Source of the DNA: Patescibacteria group bacterium
GTDB lineage: Bacteria; Patescibacteriota; Microgenomatia; UBA10105; UBA927
Direction of reading: 5' to 3'
DNA: 56,254 bases
Assembly: GCA_038063875.1 (NCBI GenBank)
Contig: JBBTUH010000025.1
Location: 1-56,254 of the forward strand
Shown here one piece after another: positions 20,004-29,520 of this stretch (the stretch's first letter is position 1; the number at the start of each line of letters is the position of its first letter). Below the pieces are notes generated by a model. That model worked only from the letters and a program-made list of their open reading frames with translations, was not told the DNA's origin and searched no databases. The translations under genes were made by a program, and so were the position numbers.

Positions 20004-20939
20004 TTAGGAAAGGTGTTTCCTCATAAGCTCCACCAAAGCCGCCGTTGGTTCTACGGCAAAATTATTGCCTCCTAATTCTCGTACCACAACCAATCCTTTT
20101 TTAGCCAACTCGTCCGCCTCTGGACGAAAACGTCTCGCAGTAGTAATACCCACTCTCACGCCATCTTGTAACTGCCCTGCAGCAACATGGATAGGCGTCC
20201 ATTTACCTTTTTCTTGAGCAAGATCAAACATCGCACCCACAATCTCTTCTGATTCAACATGACCAAACGCACTTTGTAGCGTTTTGTTTAATTTTCCTTG
20301 TAACTCTAGAGCGACAGTAGAATACGGCGCAGCAATATCCATCTTCGCAAGTGGATTATCCGTAAGCTTATTATAAAAATCAGCTAGATCGATGGGGGGG
20401 GGGTATTTTCAACTATTTTTTTACCAACTTTTTTTGCTACTTCTCTTACTGTCCCACCTTGATCAAAAGGCGCTTCTACCGCTTTCTTAAACGTGCTATC
20501 TCGTACGATTTTTGTAGCAACCCAATTCTTCGATTTATCTACTACACTAGCTATTCCACTGCGCTGCTTCTCAACCCACCCTGCAACACCACCTGCTGCA
20601 GCCATAGTCCTCCATCGTTCGCTACCTGCTCTCAAGACATTTTGAAACCGTTCTGATTTAACTCCTTTATATATGAGTACTCCACTAGCTGCGGTAATAA
20701 CAGCATCGTGCGCAACATTTCGACCAATCGACCAACCCACCCTCTCTTGTAACTTTTTCATTGCTTGCTCTCGTTGATCTTGTGTTAATTCACCAGAAAT
20801 TTTCTCTACATTGCGCATTTGCTTTTCTACAACTCCACTCGAAGTATAACGCTCGTGAAAAAAAACGCTTTAGCTTTGATAATACACCTTCTTTAGGCCT
20901 CCCCATCCCCTCAAATACTATTCCACCTGTTTCTGCCAT
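20004..20939 (-). pseudogene. Family L2 paralog broken by two homopolymer frameshifts (T8 at 20858-20865, C10 at 20394-20403)
   Basis: Removing one T and adding one C joins three ORF pieces into one 311-aa frame similar along its length to 17802-18737. Confidence 0.78.
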
Positions 20940-20946
20940 AGTTTTA

Positions 20947-21258
20947 TTAAACATTTTCTTCCGCCAACGCCTTGTCCACTTCACTCAACACTTCATTCAT
21001 CAGTCCCTCAATTTCCTTCAAAGCCTCACCATCTTTGATGGTGTCTTCGATGAGTTTGGCGTAGCTTTCCACCGTTACCCTGCTCTTTGGGTCGGCAGAA
21101 AGAAACTCTAACTGTTCCTTCGGCATGTACTTAAGGAGCACCGGCCACACCGTCGCCTGCAGACCTTCAGAAATCGTTGCATACAGCTCTGCCTTGTCCT
21201 CGTCAGAAAGTTTAGACTGTTCAATACGCGTTACAATTGCTTTTAATTTCTCTTCCAT
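20947..21258 (-). CDS. Small acidic helical protein, possible divergent family S member (103 aa)
   Basis: IEQSKLSDEDKAEL resembles the S-family N-terminus; sits directly downstream of a larger hydrophobic ORF. Confidence 0.8.
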   Translation of the reverse strand: MEEKLKAIVTRIEQSKLSDEDKAELYATISEGLQATVWPVLLKYMPKEQLEFLSADPKSRVTVESYAKLIEDTIKDGEALKEIEGLMNEVLSEVDKALAEENV

Positions 21259-21282
21259 ACTATTCCTTTCCGGCTTATGGCC

Positions 21283-21942
21283 TTATGACTTTCTAAAAAC
21301 GTTCTTTATTTTTTCACCAAATGTTGGCGGTTTTGGTTTTCCGTCAGGATACGCAAATCCCTCAAGAATACCTTTTGTTATCGACCCAACATTTTTCACT
21401 GCGCTTCCTGCGATGACTACTGCTTCTTTGGCCTTATATCCCACTATCTTTTTAGCCATAAACTTTTCTGCTGCCTGTGCTTCATATGTTCGTACTATTC
21501 CAGCTTTTGTCACGACATCTAGGCCTTTAAAAAATCCATAGACGCCGATACTAGTACCGCCAGAAAATGGTATCATTCCAAGCCCTATCGTTTTTCCTAA
21601 CACGCGTCCAGGCCACGTGGCGATTCGAATTGTTGTATCAATAAGTCCAGCGCTTGCATGAACACCCGCGGCAACAAGTGAAGATTTTACTCTGTAAAGC
21701 TTTGTGCTCAACTTGTCTCTGTCTGCTTTTGTCATTTGCCCAATATAGGCATCTGTGGCCATCATCCATTTTTTATAAACAGAGATCCTTAAATTCTTAT
21801 CTTTTACCGATAACTTATCACGCATTTTAGTAAACGCGTCATTCCCCTCCAATACTTTCCGCACCGCCCCACGAGCAGCTTCTACTGCTGGATTTTCATA
21901 TTTCACTTCTTGTGGTGTTGGTTGTTCAGACATTTCACTCAT
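21283..21942 (-). CDS. Hypothetical protein with Gly/Ala-rich hydrophobic region (219 aa)
   Basis: Long ORF; GKTIGLGMIPFSGG; ILEGFAYP near the C-terminus. Confidence 0.83.
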   Translation of the reverse strand: MSEMSEQPTPQEVKYENPAVEAARGAVRKVLEGNDAFTKMRDKLSVKDKNLRISVYKKWMMATDAYIGQMTKADRDKLSTKLYRVKSSLVAAGVHASAGLIDTTIRIATWPGRVLGKTIGLGMIPFSGGTSIGVYGFFKGLDVVTKAGIVRTYEAQAAEKFMAKKIVGYKAKEAVVIAGSAVKNVGSITKGILEGFAYPDGKPKPPTFGEKIKNVFRKS

Positions 21943-22087
21943 AACTCTCCCCTTTCAGGCAGTCTCGTATGTAACTATAGTATGGAAACGTTGCCACACC
22001 TGTCAAGCAATGGATTTATCTTTTTCACTTTTTAGCCTCGAAAGGCCTGGCCTTTTGAGGCTAAATTCTAACATCCTGTAAAATCCT

Positions 22088-22525
22088 CTAAATTCCTTTA
22101 GACTCCTTTGCTGTATCTATCACATCGGACGGTTGCACGATGGTCAAATTCGGCAATTTTTTAAATTCCATATCGTATGTACACAACCCTACTCCTTTTG
22201 GTATCTGCGTTGCAATCAGACAATCCGCCAGTTTTATCCCTGTTTGTTTATGAAGAATCAATGCCTCGCGAAAATTGGTTTTTTCTATAAGAACGAGCCC
22301 TTGTGTTGTTACCACCGTTTCTAAATCAGAAATTACATCCAGTTTTCCAATCTTATACACTGATCGTAATACATAACCAACTTCCAATAAAACAATTGAA
22401 GAACTGTACGGAGTTATTTCTCCTCTATTTATAGATTGAAATAATGCGGCACATGTATCAAACATTTTTGGATCATCAGCCATGATAAATCGAAGCCATA
22501 TATTCGAATCCAAAAATAATCTCAT
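22088..22525 (-). CDS. vapC: PIN domain toxin
   Basis: FLDSNIWLR, VLLEV, LADCLI, TYD. Confidence 0.92.
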   Translation of the reverse strand: MRLFLDSNIWLRFIMADDPKMFDTCAALFQSINRGEITPYSSSIVLLEVGYVLRSVYKIGKLDVISDLETVVTTQGLVLIEKTNFREALILHKQTGIKLADCLIATQIPKGVGLCTYDMEFKKLPNLTIVQPSDVIDTAKESKGI

Positions 22526-22785
22526 AAATCAGAATAATCGATATAATCACGAATATTATCAATATCAATCTTTTTATGCGCTGCAATTGCCTTATATTTC
22601 CCTGCTAAATCCAGTATGCTTTTCTCTTTTTTCTTTTTTATGACGACCTTTCCCCCATCAGAATATATCTTTCTTGCAGCAAATCGCACCAAGTCTCCTA
22701 CAGAAGTTTTTCGCTTTGCGGCCTCAGCCACGAGGATATTCCAGAGCTCTTCATCAAATAAAATATTGGTTCGCTTCGTTAACAT
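22522..22785 (-). CDS. RHH-type antitoxin
   Basis: KRTNIL...SVGDLVR; 4-nt overlap with the PIN gene. Confidence 0.8.
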   Translation of the reverse strand: MLTKRTNILFDEELWNILVAEAAKRKTSVGDLVRFAARKIYSDGGKVVIKKKKEKSILDLAGKYKAIAAHKKIDIDNIRDYIDYSDL

Positions 22786-22990
22786 ATATACCTTTCTTAC
22801 CGAGTTAATAACTTTTTTATTTAAATGTTATTAACTCGGTTTAGAAAGAGTTATACCCAGTGCAATTCTTATTGCTTTTGGTATAGAGATAGTATACACA
22901 TGTGTATGTGTATGTGTCAAGATCCTTATTTCAAATAGTGTATCATCATACTAACATGTTGATACGCCATTTAGCCTATTCTAGTAAGCC

Positions 22991-24409
22991 TTATTTCATC
23001 GCCTTCAAAATTCTCTCCAGCGCCACCACATATGCCGCTGTCCGCAAGTTCACTTTGTATTTCACTGATGCATCCCATACTTCTTTTGTGGCTTTTGCCA
23101 TTTTCGTTTTCAATTTTTTATTCACATCCTCTTTGGTCCAATGTTCACCTTTTAAGTTCTGCTCCCATTCAAAGGCTGAAACGGTAACGCCACCTGAATT
23201 ACTCAAAACATCTGGAATAACAGGGATTCCCTTTTTGAAAAATATTTCATCCGCTTCAGGAGCAGTCGGCCCATTAGCCATCTCAAGGATTACTTTTGCC
23301 TTCACCTTATGAGCATTTTCTAACGTCAACACATTCTCAAGCGCTGACGGAATCAAAATATCCACAGGAAGCTCTAATAGCTCGTCGTTTGTTATTTGTT
23401 TACCTTTTTTGAAGTCACAGACAGATCCAGAACAGTAGCATCCAGCCAATCCGCCAGCTGGCGGACCATTTTTCTTCTTACACTCAAGTGTTAATTCTGG
23501 GTTAATCCCTTCTTCTACGTATATGCCACCCTTACTATCTGATACAGCAACAACTGTAAAGTTATTCTCAAACAAAAACTTTGCCATGTTATACCCCACA
23601 TTGCCAAAGCCTTGTATAGCGACACGCAGTGGAGCGGCACCCCGCGAAGCCCTGCCTGCGCAGGCAGGCTTGGCGAAGTGGGGCAACTGCTCAAGCACAC
23701 TTTGTAATACATACAGTCCACCTAACCCTGTGGCTTCTTCCCGCCCCTCACTCCCTCCATCCTCAATCCGTTTCCCCGTAAACGTCGCCCGTAATTTCTT
23801 TTTTTCTTTGTCTGATAGCTGACCCGCTTCGCCGGAGCTTGAGCGAGGCGAGCGACTGATAGCTGAAGACTTAACAAACTCATCCACCATCCACCCCATA
23901 ATTTGTCCGGTAGTATTTACATCGGGAGCAGGCACGTCTTTATCTGGCCCAATCACATCTGCTATGAGTCGTGCATATCCACGAGATAATCGTTCAAGTT
24001 CTCCGGTGGAAAGCTTTTTTGGATCCACAATAATCCCGCCCTTACCACCCCCCAATGGCAAATCTGCCACAGCGCATTTTATCGCCATCCAAAAAGATAA
24101 CGCCTTCACTTCATCAAGAGATACGTTTGGATGATAACGAATCCCACCTTTATACGGACCTCTCGCGTTATTAAATTGAATTCTATAACCCTCAAAAATC
24201 TTTTGTGTTCCATCATCCATTTTTACAGGAATCGACACATTCACCTGTCTTTGCGGCTGTTTTAATACTTCTAATTTTTGACGTAATTCTTTCTTTCTAT
24301 TTTCTGTTAACCCTGCCTCGCCGGCAGGCAGGTCTTTACTATTTACTAAAACGCTTGCAGCGTTTTCCAGCTGTTTCATCGCACTCTCAAATGGATTTAT
24401 TGCTTTCAT
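22991..24409 (-). CDS. gdhA: Glu/Leu/Phe/Val dehydrogenase (glutamate dehydrogenase) with four in-frame palindromic insertions
   Basis: [40 protein letters not shown]. Confidence 0.93.
   Translation of the reverse strand: MKAINPFESAMKQLENAASVLVNSKDLPAGEAGLTENRKKELRQKLEVLKQPQRQVNVSIPVKMDDGTQKIFEGYRIQFNNARGPYKGGIRYHPNVSLDEVKALSFWMAIKCAVADLPLGGGKGGIIVDPKKLSTGELERLSRGYARLIADVIGPDKDVPAPDVNTTGQIMGWMVDEFVKSSAISRSPRSSSGEAGQLSDKEKKKLRATFTGKRIEDGGSEGREEATGLGGLYVLQSVLEQLPHFAKPACAGRASRGAAPLRVAIQGFGNVGYNMAKFLFENNFTVVAVSDSKGGIYVEEGINPELTLECKKKNGPPAGGLAGCYCSGSVCDFKKGKQITNDELLELPVDILIPSALENVLTLENAHKVKAKVILEMANGPTAPEADEIFFKKGIPVIPDVLSNSGGVTVSAFEWEQNLKGEHWTKEDVNKKLKTKMAKATKEVWDASVKYKVNLRTAAYVVALERILKAMK
23640..23683. 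repeat. Nested palindromic insertion inside gdh
   Basis: 18-bp perfect palindrome cctgcctgcgcaggcagg (23651-23668) inside a 26-bp element that is 25/26 identical to 36506-36531. Confidence 0.85.
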
Positions 24410-24426
24410 ATATTCATTATCCTACT

Positions 24427-24729
24427 CTAATTTTGGAGCTTCTTCCACATCAGCTCCTCTTCCCGCACCTTTTCTGCCAAAAATATTTTCATCAAACTCT
24501 GATACGGCACGTCGCGCCGATTTGCTTGAATCTTAAGATCATCAACTAACGATTGCGGCAACCGAATCGTCACAGGAAACGTAGAAAATTTGAGCTCCGA
24601 AATATCAAGCTTCATTGGCTTTGAGAAATCAAAATAATCTGTTGCGTCGTGTGTCGCCCAAAAATCTCGTTCATCATCCTCAGATTTAAAATGAGGAATT
24701 GATTTAATCATTTGTTTATTTTTCTTCAT
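24427..24729 (-). CDS. BrnA/CopG-family antitoxin
   Basis: IPHFKSEDDERDFW.THD, VTIRLP, PYQSL. Confidence 0.88.
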   Translation of the reverse strand: MKKNKQMIKSIPHFKSEDDERDFWATHDATDYFDFSKPMKLDISELKFSTFPVTIRLPQSLVDDLKIQANRRDVPYQSLMKIFLAEKVREEELMWKKLQN

Positions 24730-24997
24730 ACTGACTCCTTTCTTTTTTACTTTGATCCCGAGCAGAAATGATTCGTATCATTTTTTTTCGATACGTAAAA
24801 AATACTACCAATCTTCTTCCTCGTTGTGTTTGTCCAAGTGCTGAAAATCTCTCCTCTATTGCCGAATGTTTTGAATCATTTCCTATTCTAAGCAATTGAT
24901 CACCAAACACCTCTTCACATTCTTTTTCTGTGACATCGTGTTTCGTTCGATTTTTCTCTTGATTTCCACTATCCCATTCAAATCCCTTCGGCTTCAT
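24716..24997 (-). CDS. brnT: BrnT-family toxin
   Basis: FEWD..N.EKN..KH, EERF, IRIISAR; TTGACA-17-TACCAT promoter at 25005-25033. Confidence 0.92.
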   Translation of the reverse strand: MKPKGFEWDSGNQEKNRTKHDVTEKECEEVFGDQLLRIGNDSKHSAIEERFSALGQTQRGRRLVVFFTYRKKMIRIISARDQSKKERSQYEEK

Positions 24998-25137
24998 GTA
25001 CATGATGGTACAATACATAACGCGTTATGTCAATCTATCAATATCTCATGAGATTTACACTGTAGAAAGGAGTTTGAAATAACTAAAATCAATAAAAACC
25101 TAATAAATAATTTTTATCCTCAATAATTACTATTTGT

Positions 25138-25827
25138 TTAATAAAATAGCTCCGTCTTGATCTGTTCTTTTGGAACATTTCTCTCTAAAAGTTTCGCGCT
25201 TACCTCAGAAACCATTGCTTTGTTTCCGCAAAGATAAAACTCACTATTTTCCATTTCTTTTTCATTATCCATCACATATTCTGTCACATGTCCCCTGTCT
25301 CCTGTCCATCCATCAGGAGGTTTGGAATATATAAGCTTCCACGAAAAATTGCTGAATTTTTTTTGAAGCAAATCAAATTCTTCACTCCAAAATAAATCTT
25401 CTTCATGTCTCAATCCCCAATACAAAACTATCGAACAGTCTGATGGCTTGTCTAAAATTATTGACCGAAACGGTGCGATCCCAGTCCCAGTGGCAATCAA
25501 CACTTTTCTTTTTTTTGTAGCAAGCAGTGACAACACGCCCCCCGTCGGTGCTACCAATGTCGCCTTGTCACCAATGATTAATTTCTCTGTCCATTGTGAA
25601 CCCAATCCATGGGGCGATATATCATGTGCCATAAGAAGCGTCGTATTTTCAATAGGTGGTGACGCAATTGACATCGTACGATTAACCCCCTCGCCCATCA
25701 TGACCATCATATTTTGACCCGACATAAATTCGATTGTTTGGGGAGAAATAAGTTTAAACGTCACGCAGTAGACTTTACTACTTACTTTTTGCTTTTGAAT
25801 GACTACTGCTGAATATTTTTGCGCCAT
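25138..25827 (-). CDS. FAD/NAD(P)-binding oxidoreductase (FNR family)
   Basis: RTMSIAS, IATGTGIAPF, YLCG..MV. Confidence 0.9.
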   Translation of the reverse strand: MAQKYSAVVIQKQKVSSKVYCVTFKLISPQTIEFMSGQNMMVMMGEGVNRTMSIASPPIENTTLLMAHDISPHGLGSQWTEKLIIGDKATLVAPTGGVLSLLATKKRKVLIATGTGIAPFRSIILDKPSDCSIVLYWGLRHEEDLFWSEEFDLLQKKFSNFSWKLIYSKPPDGWTGDRGHVTEYVMDNEKEMENSEFYLCGNKAMVSEVSAKLLERNVPKEQIKTELFY

Positions 25828-26744
25828 TATTTTTGTTCCTCAAGATATTTTTCTGCATCCATGGCAGCCATACAGCCTTGTCCTGCCGCGACAATCGCTT
25901 GGCGATATCGATGATCCACACAGTCGCCAGCAGCAAAAATTCCCAGCATACTTGTTTCAGTATTCTTCTTTGTCACCACATATCCCTTTGCGTCAAGTTC
26001 TACAACATTTTTCAAAAAATCCGTGTTCGGCCTATGTCCAATGGCCAAAAATACTCCGTCTGTTTTTATATCTTCCCCACTTTTTAATTTCAATCCTTGA
26101 ACCACAGGATCACCATATATTTCAATAATTTCTTTATTTAAAAGAAATGAAATCTTTGGATCTTTTTTGGCGCGATCCAGCATAATAGCGCTTGCACGGA
26201 ATTCATCACGCCTATGGATAATCGTTACTTTTGTGGCAAATTTGGTAAGAAATGTCGCTTCTTCCATGGCGGTGTCCCCACCTCCAACAACGACCACTTC
26301 TTTCCCACGAAAGAAAAACCCATCACAGGTGGCACACGCCGACACGCCTTTCCCAGCAAACATGTTCTCAGAAGGAAGTCCCAAATACATCGCCGTTGCG
26401 CCAGTCGCAACAATCACTGTTTTTGCTTCGTAGATTCCTTTTTCTCCTTTTAATACAAAAGCTTTTTGTTTTTCCGTATTGGGTATTGATGATTGGATAT
26501 TGGATATTGTGTCACTGACCACTTCTGTCCCAAACCGTTCAACTTGCACCTTCATATCCATCATCAATTGTGTGCCATCAATGCCCTTGGGGAAGCCAGG
26601 ATAGTTATCTACGTCTGTGGTAGTCGTGAGTTGTCCACCTATTTGAATACCAGTAAAAAGTACTGTCTTTAAAAACGCACGTGAGGTATACAGCGCTGCG
26701 GTATATCCTGCCGGTCCAGATCCTATTATCACCACATCATACAT
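25827..26744 (-). CDS. trxB: Thioredoxin reductase
   Basis: GSGPAG, CATCDG, GGGDTA, AAGD. Confidence 0.97.
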   Translation of the reverse strand: MYDVVIIGSGPAGYTAALYTSRAFLKTVLFTGIQIGGQLTTTTDVDNYPGFPKGIDGTQLMMDMKVQVERFGTEVVSDTISNIQSSIPNTEKQKAFVLKGEKGIYEAKTVIVATGATAMYLGLPSENMFAGKGVSACATCDGFFFRGKEVVVVGGGDTAMEEATFLTKFATKVTIIHRRDEFRASAIMLDRAKKDPKISFLLNKEIIEIYGDPVVQGLKLKSGEDIKTDGVFLAIGHRPNTDFLKNVVELDAKGYVVTKKNTETSMLGIFAAGDCVDHRYRQAIVAAGQGCMAAMDAEKYLEEQK

Positions 26745-26759
26745 ATAAAGATATTCTCC

Positions 26760-27080
26760 TTACGAAAGCCTTTGAAGTTCGCCGACTAACGTATCTTTAC
26801 TTTGGACACCAACAAACTGCTTTACGACCTGACCGCTTTTAAATATAAGCAGTGTTGGGATACTCATAATGCCGTATTTTTGTGCAGTAGCTGGATTCTG
26901 ATCCACATCTATTTTCCCCACCTTTGCCTTCCCCTCCATGGCAACTGCTACTTCTTCTACAATCGGTCCTTGCACTCGACACGGACCACACCACGTCGCC
27001 CAAAAATCAACAAGGGTTGGGATTGAAGACTGTGTAACTTCAGCATCAAAATTTGCGTCTGTGAAAATTATACCTACCAT
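26760..27080 (-). CDS. trxA: Thioredoxin
   Basis: DFWATWCGPC, SIPT. Confidence 0.97.
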   Translation of the reverse strand: MVGIIFTDANFDAEVTQSSIPTLVDFWATWCGPCRVQGPIVEEVAVAMEGKAKVGKIDVDQNPATAQKYGIMSIPTLLIFKSGQVVKQFVGVQSKDTLVGELQRLS

Positions 27081-27146
27081 AATGTATCATCCCCTTTCTT
27101 AGGATTTTTAGTCTATCACTCTTCTTCGTTTTTCGACAGTACTCTA

Positions 27147-27656
27147 TTATTCCATGGTCTGCTCAGGCCCATGATCCCTATCATAATCGATAAATTTCTC
27201 GATCCTTTTCTTGTCAAAAGAATCAAATTTGTCGATATAATTCCAAGCCGTCAACGCGATGGTGGTATCCAGTTGCGGTCGAGGAACAACGATGAGCTTA
27301 AATAGTTTTTTCTTGGTTGCTATACTTTCAAGTTCTGTTATAAGAGTTTTGCACGCTTCACTTTCATTGACTGCACAATTATAATGAATGACAACATATC
27401 CATGTTCTAGTGAGTGGAGAAGCTCACCCTCAGATTGCGGTATTTTATAAATGCCGGGTTTGACCCATGTCACGATGTGTTGTCCGGAAGTCGGAGGATT
27501 ACTATTATACGTAGTATTCTCGACTTCTTGTGGACTCACGTGTTCGCGCCCTTGATCTTCCATACGATTACCTGGCGCTGGCGTTAGTGCGATACGCACA
27601 ATCCACAAACTTACGACAAGAATAACTCCGCCAAATAGTATCGGTGTTTTTTTCAT
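27147..27656 (-). CDS. DUF3105-like membrane-anchored protein
   Basis: YNSNPPTSG.H, HSLEHG, IALTAW. Confidence 0.85.
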   Translation of the reverse strand: MKKTPILFGGVILVVSLWIVRIALTPAPGNRMEDQGREHVSPQEVENTTYNSNPPTSGQHIVTWVKPGIYKIPQSEGELLHSLEHGYVVIHYNCAVNESEACKTLITELESIATKKKLFKLIVVPRPQLDTTIALTAWNYIDKFDSFDKKRIEKFIDYDRDHGPEQTME

Positions 27657-27694
27657 CGTTACTCGAGTGTACCTGATTGAAATCGCAAGGTAAA

Positions 27695-28348
27695 CTAGCG
27701 CACAATTATCGAACGAAGTTTATTAAGATCAGGAAGGATGATCTGTCTTCCTCGTGTTTTTACCAGTCCTTTTTTTATAAGTCCCTCCACTTGTAAGCTT
27801 GCCGTCTCACGGGTTGTTCCGATCCATGATGCTATTTCTCTATGGGTAAGTGGCACAGTCAACACGATGCCTTCGTTTGTTTTTTCACCAAAGGTGTCTG
27901 CAAAATACAGAAGCAATAACACAGTATTGGTATACGCGTCGGCAAGCACCAGCTGCCCCACTCTACTGACAAACCCACACATGCCTGCCGCTAATTTTTG
28001 CGCTGCGTAATAAAGTACTGAAGGATTTTCTTGTAAAAAATGAATAAACTGCTCCTTCTTACCACGCGCAAGAACAACGGGAGTCATCGCCTCAAAGTGA
28101 TGTTGATTCGGTGTATCGTTTAATATCCACGTCAAGGGAAAAAATGATCCCGGTTTATAGATATGAACAATAAATGTATCTCCTGACGGTGACAATAAAT
28201 ACTGTCGCACATACCCCTCTTTGAGATAATATACGCCATAGGGCACATCTTCAGCCCGTAGAACACTTTGTCCCTTGGTATATCGTAAAACTTGTGCACT
28301 CCCAAAGTATGCATCTATACTTTTGAGTATTTTTTCATCTGTTTTCAT
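27695..28348 (-). CDS. Crp/Fnr family transcriptional regulator
   Basis: cNMP-binding-like N-terminus; LTHREIASWIGTTRETAS helix-turn-helix. Confidence 0.92.
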   Translation of the reverse strand: MKTDEKILKSIDAYFGSAQVLRYTKGQSVLRAEDVPYGVYYLKEGYVRQYLLSPSGDTFIVHIYKPGSFFPLTWILNDTPNQHHFEAMTPVVLARGKKEQFIHFLQENPSVLYYAAQKLAAGMCGFVSRVGQLVLADAYTNTVLLLLYFADTFGEKTNEGIVLTVPLTHREIASWIGTTRETASLQVEGLIKKGLVKTRGRQIILPDLNKLRSIIVR

Positions 28349-28440
28349 AGGATATACCCCACAATATATATCTCATATTGTTTCTTTCGTAATATACCTC
28401 ACTTTATTTTTCATGTAAACTGACATAGAATACGGATAGT

Positions 28441-28869
28441 ATGAACGTATCAAAACCTTGGATAAATCGTACTATTTTTGTTCTCTCACTGCTTGGTATC
28501 GTGATGGCAGTCTATGTATTGCAAAGCTTCGTACGTCAAGCGCCGATTGTATGTGTCTCGAATGGATGTGAAATAGTCAGAAAACATCCAGCAAGTTATC
28601 CTTTTGGCATACCCGTTCCTGCGTTTGGTCTCGTCGGCTATAGTATCTTGGCTCTCAGTGCATTTCTCAAAACGCTTGAGAGAGGCAAGAAATGGCAGTC
28701 AACCCTGACAAAAATCATGCTAGGTGTCGCGCTCTTTGGCGTTGGCTTTGTATCATGGTTTACCTATACAGAAATTACCATCATCAAAGGTATTTGCATG
28801 TGGTGTGCAATATCCGCGGTAAACATGGTAATAATCTTCGCATTATTAATGAAGGAGCCAAAAGTATGA
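28441..28869 (+). CDS. Vitamin K epoxide reductase (VKOR) family protein
   Basis: C-x4-C loop, FGIPV, CMWC, four TM segments. Confidence 0.92.
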   Translation: MNVSKPWINRTIFVLSLLGIVMAVYVLQSFVRQAPIVCVSNGCEIVRKHPASYPFGIPVPAFGLVGYSILALSAFLKTLERGKKWQSTLTKIMLGVALFGVGFVSWFTYTEITIIKGICMWCAISAVNMVIIFALLMKEPKV

Positions 28870-29501
28870 CCCTATCATCAGAAACGAAATTTTTCTTGGG
28901 TATTATTTGTACCAGCATTATCATCTTAGGACTTGGGATGCTGTATGTATCCCGTCCTGTTGCCACACTCACTATACCCAAAGAGTCCCTTATTCCTCCA
29001 TCGGCACACACGAAGGGAAATAAAGATGCGAACGTATATCTGGTCGAATTTTCTGATTTCCAATGTCCCGCATGCGCCGTATTTGCGCCTGTAGTTGATG
29101 CTCTTGTTGCAAAAAACTCTGACACGTTGTTTTTTGCGTATCGTCACTTTCCTCTCCCTAAGCATCAATTTGCTCTTCCTGCGGCAATAGCCGCGGAAGC
29201 CGCAGGAGTACAAGGGAAATTTTGGGAAGCATCAACATACTTATTTACGCATCAAAACACATTTTCAGACACGCTTTGGGATACCATGGCCAGAGACCTC
29301 TCGCTTGATACAGCACAGTTTACCAAAGATGTGAAAGCCCAAACAGGAAAATCTTCCATTGATCAAGATTTAGCGCAGGCTACCGCACTCAATTTTTCTG
29401 GTACGCCAACCTTTTTCCTCAACGGCGCATTACTCAAAAATATAAATAGTCCACAAGACTTGATTGCTATTGTAGAAACGGCAACTACCAGCGTAAAATA
29501 G
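28866..29501 (+). CDS. DsbA-family oxidoreductase
   Basis: EFSDFQCPAC, RHFPL, GTPTFFLNG. Confidence 0.93.
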   Translation: MTLSSETKFFLGIICTSIIILGLGMLYVSRPVATLTIPKESLIPPSAHTKGNKDANVYLVEFSDFQCPACAVFAPVVDALVAKNSDTLFFAYRHFPLPKHQFALPAAIAAEAAGVQGKFWEASTYLFTHQNTFSDTLWDTMARDLSLDTAQFTKDVKAQTGKSSIDQDLAQATALNFSGTPTFFLNGALLKNINSPQDLIAIVETATTSVK

Positions 29502-29520
29502 TAAAAGAAAGAAAAATGCT

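Noticed and set aside
3547-21942. Prophage or integrative element explanation for the array
   Set aside because: No integrase, terminase, capsid, relaxase or att-like tRNA duplication found.
4891-21942. Recurring L[ST]xE[QD] peptide in many array proteins
   Set aside because: Generic helix N-cap pattern; not evidence of homology alone.
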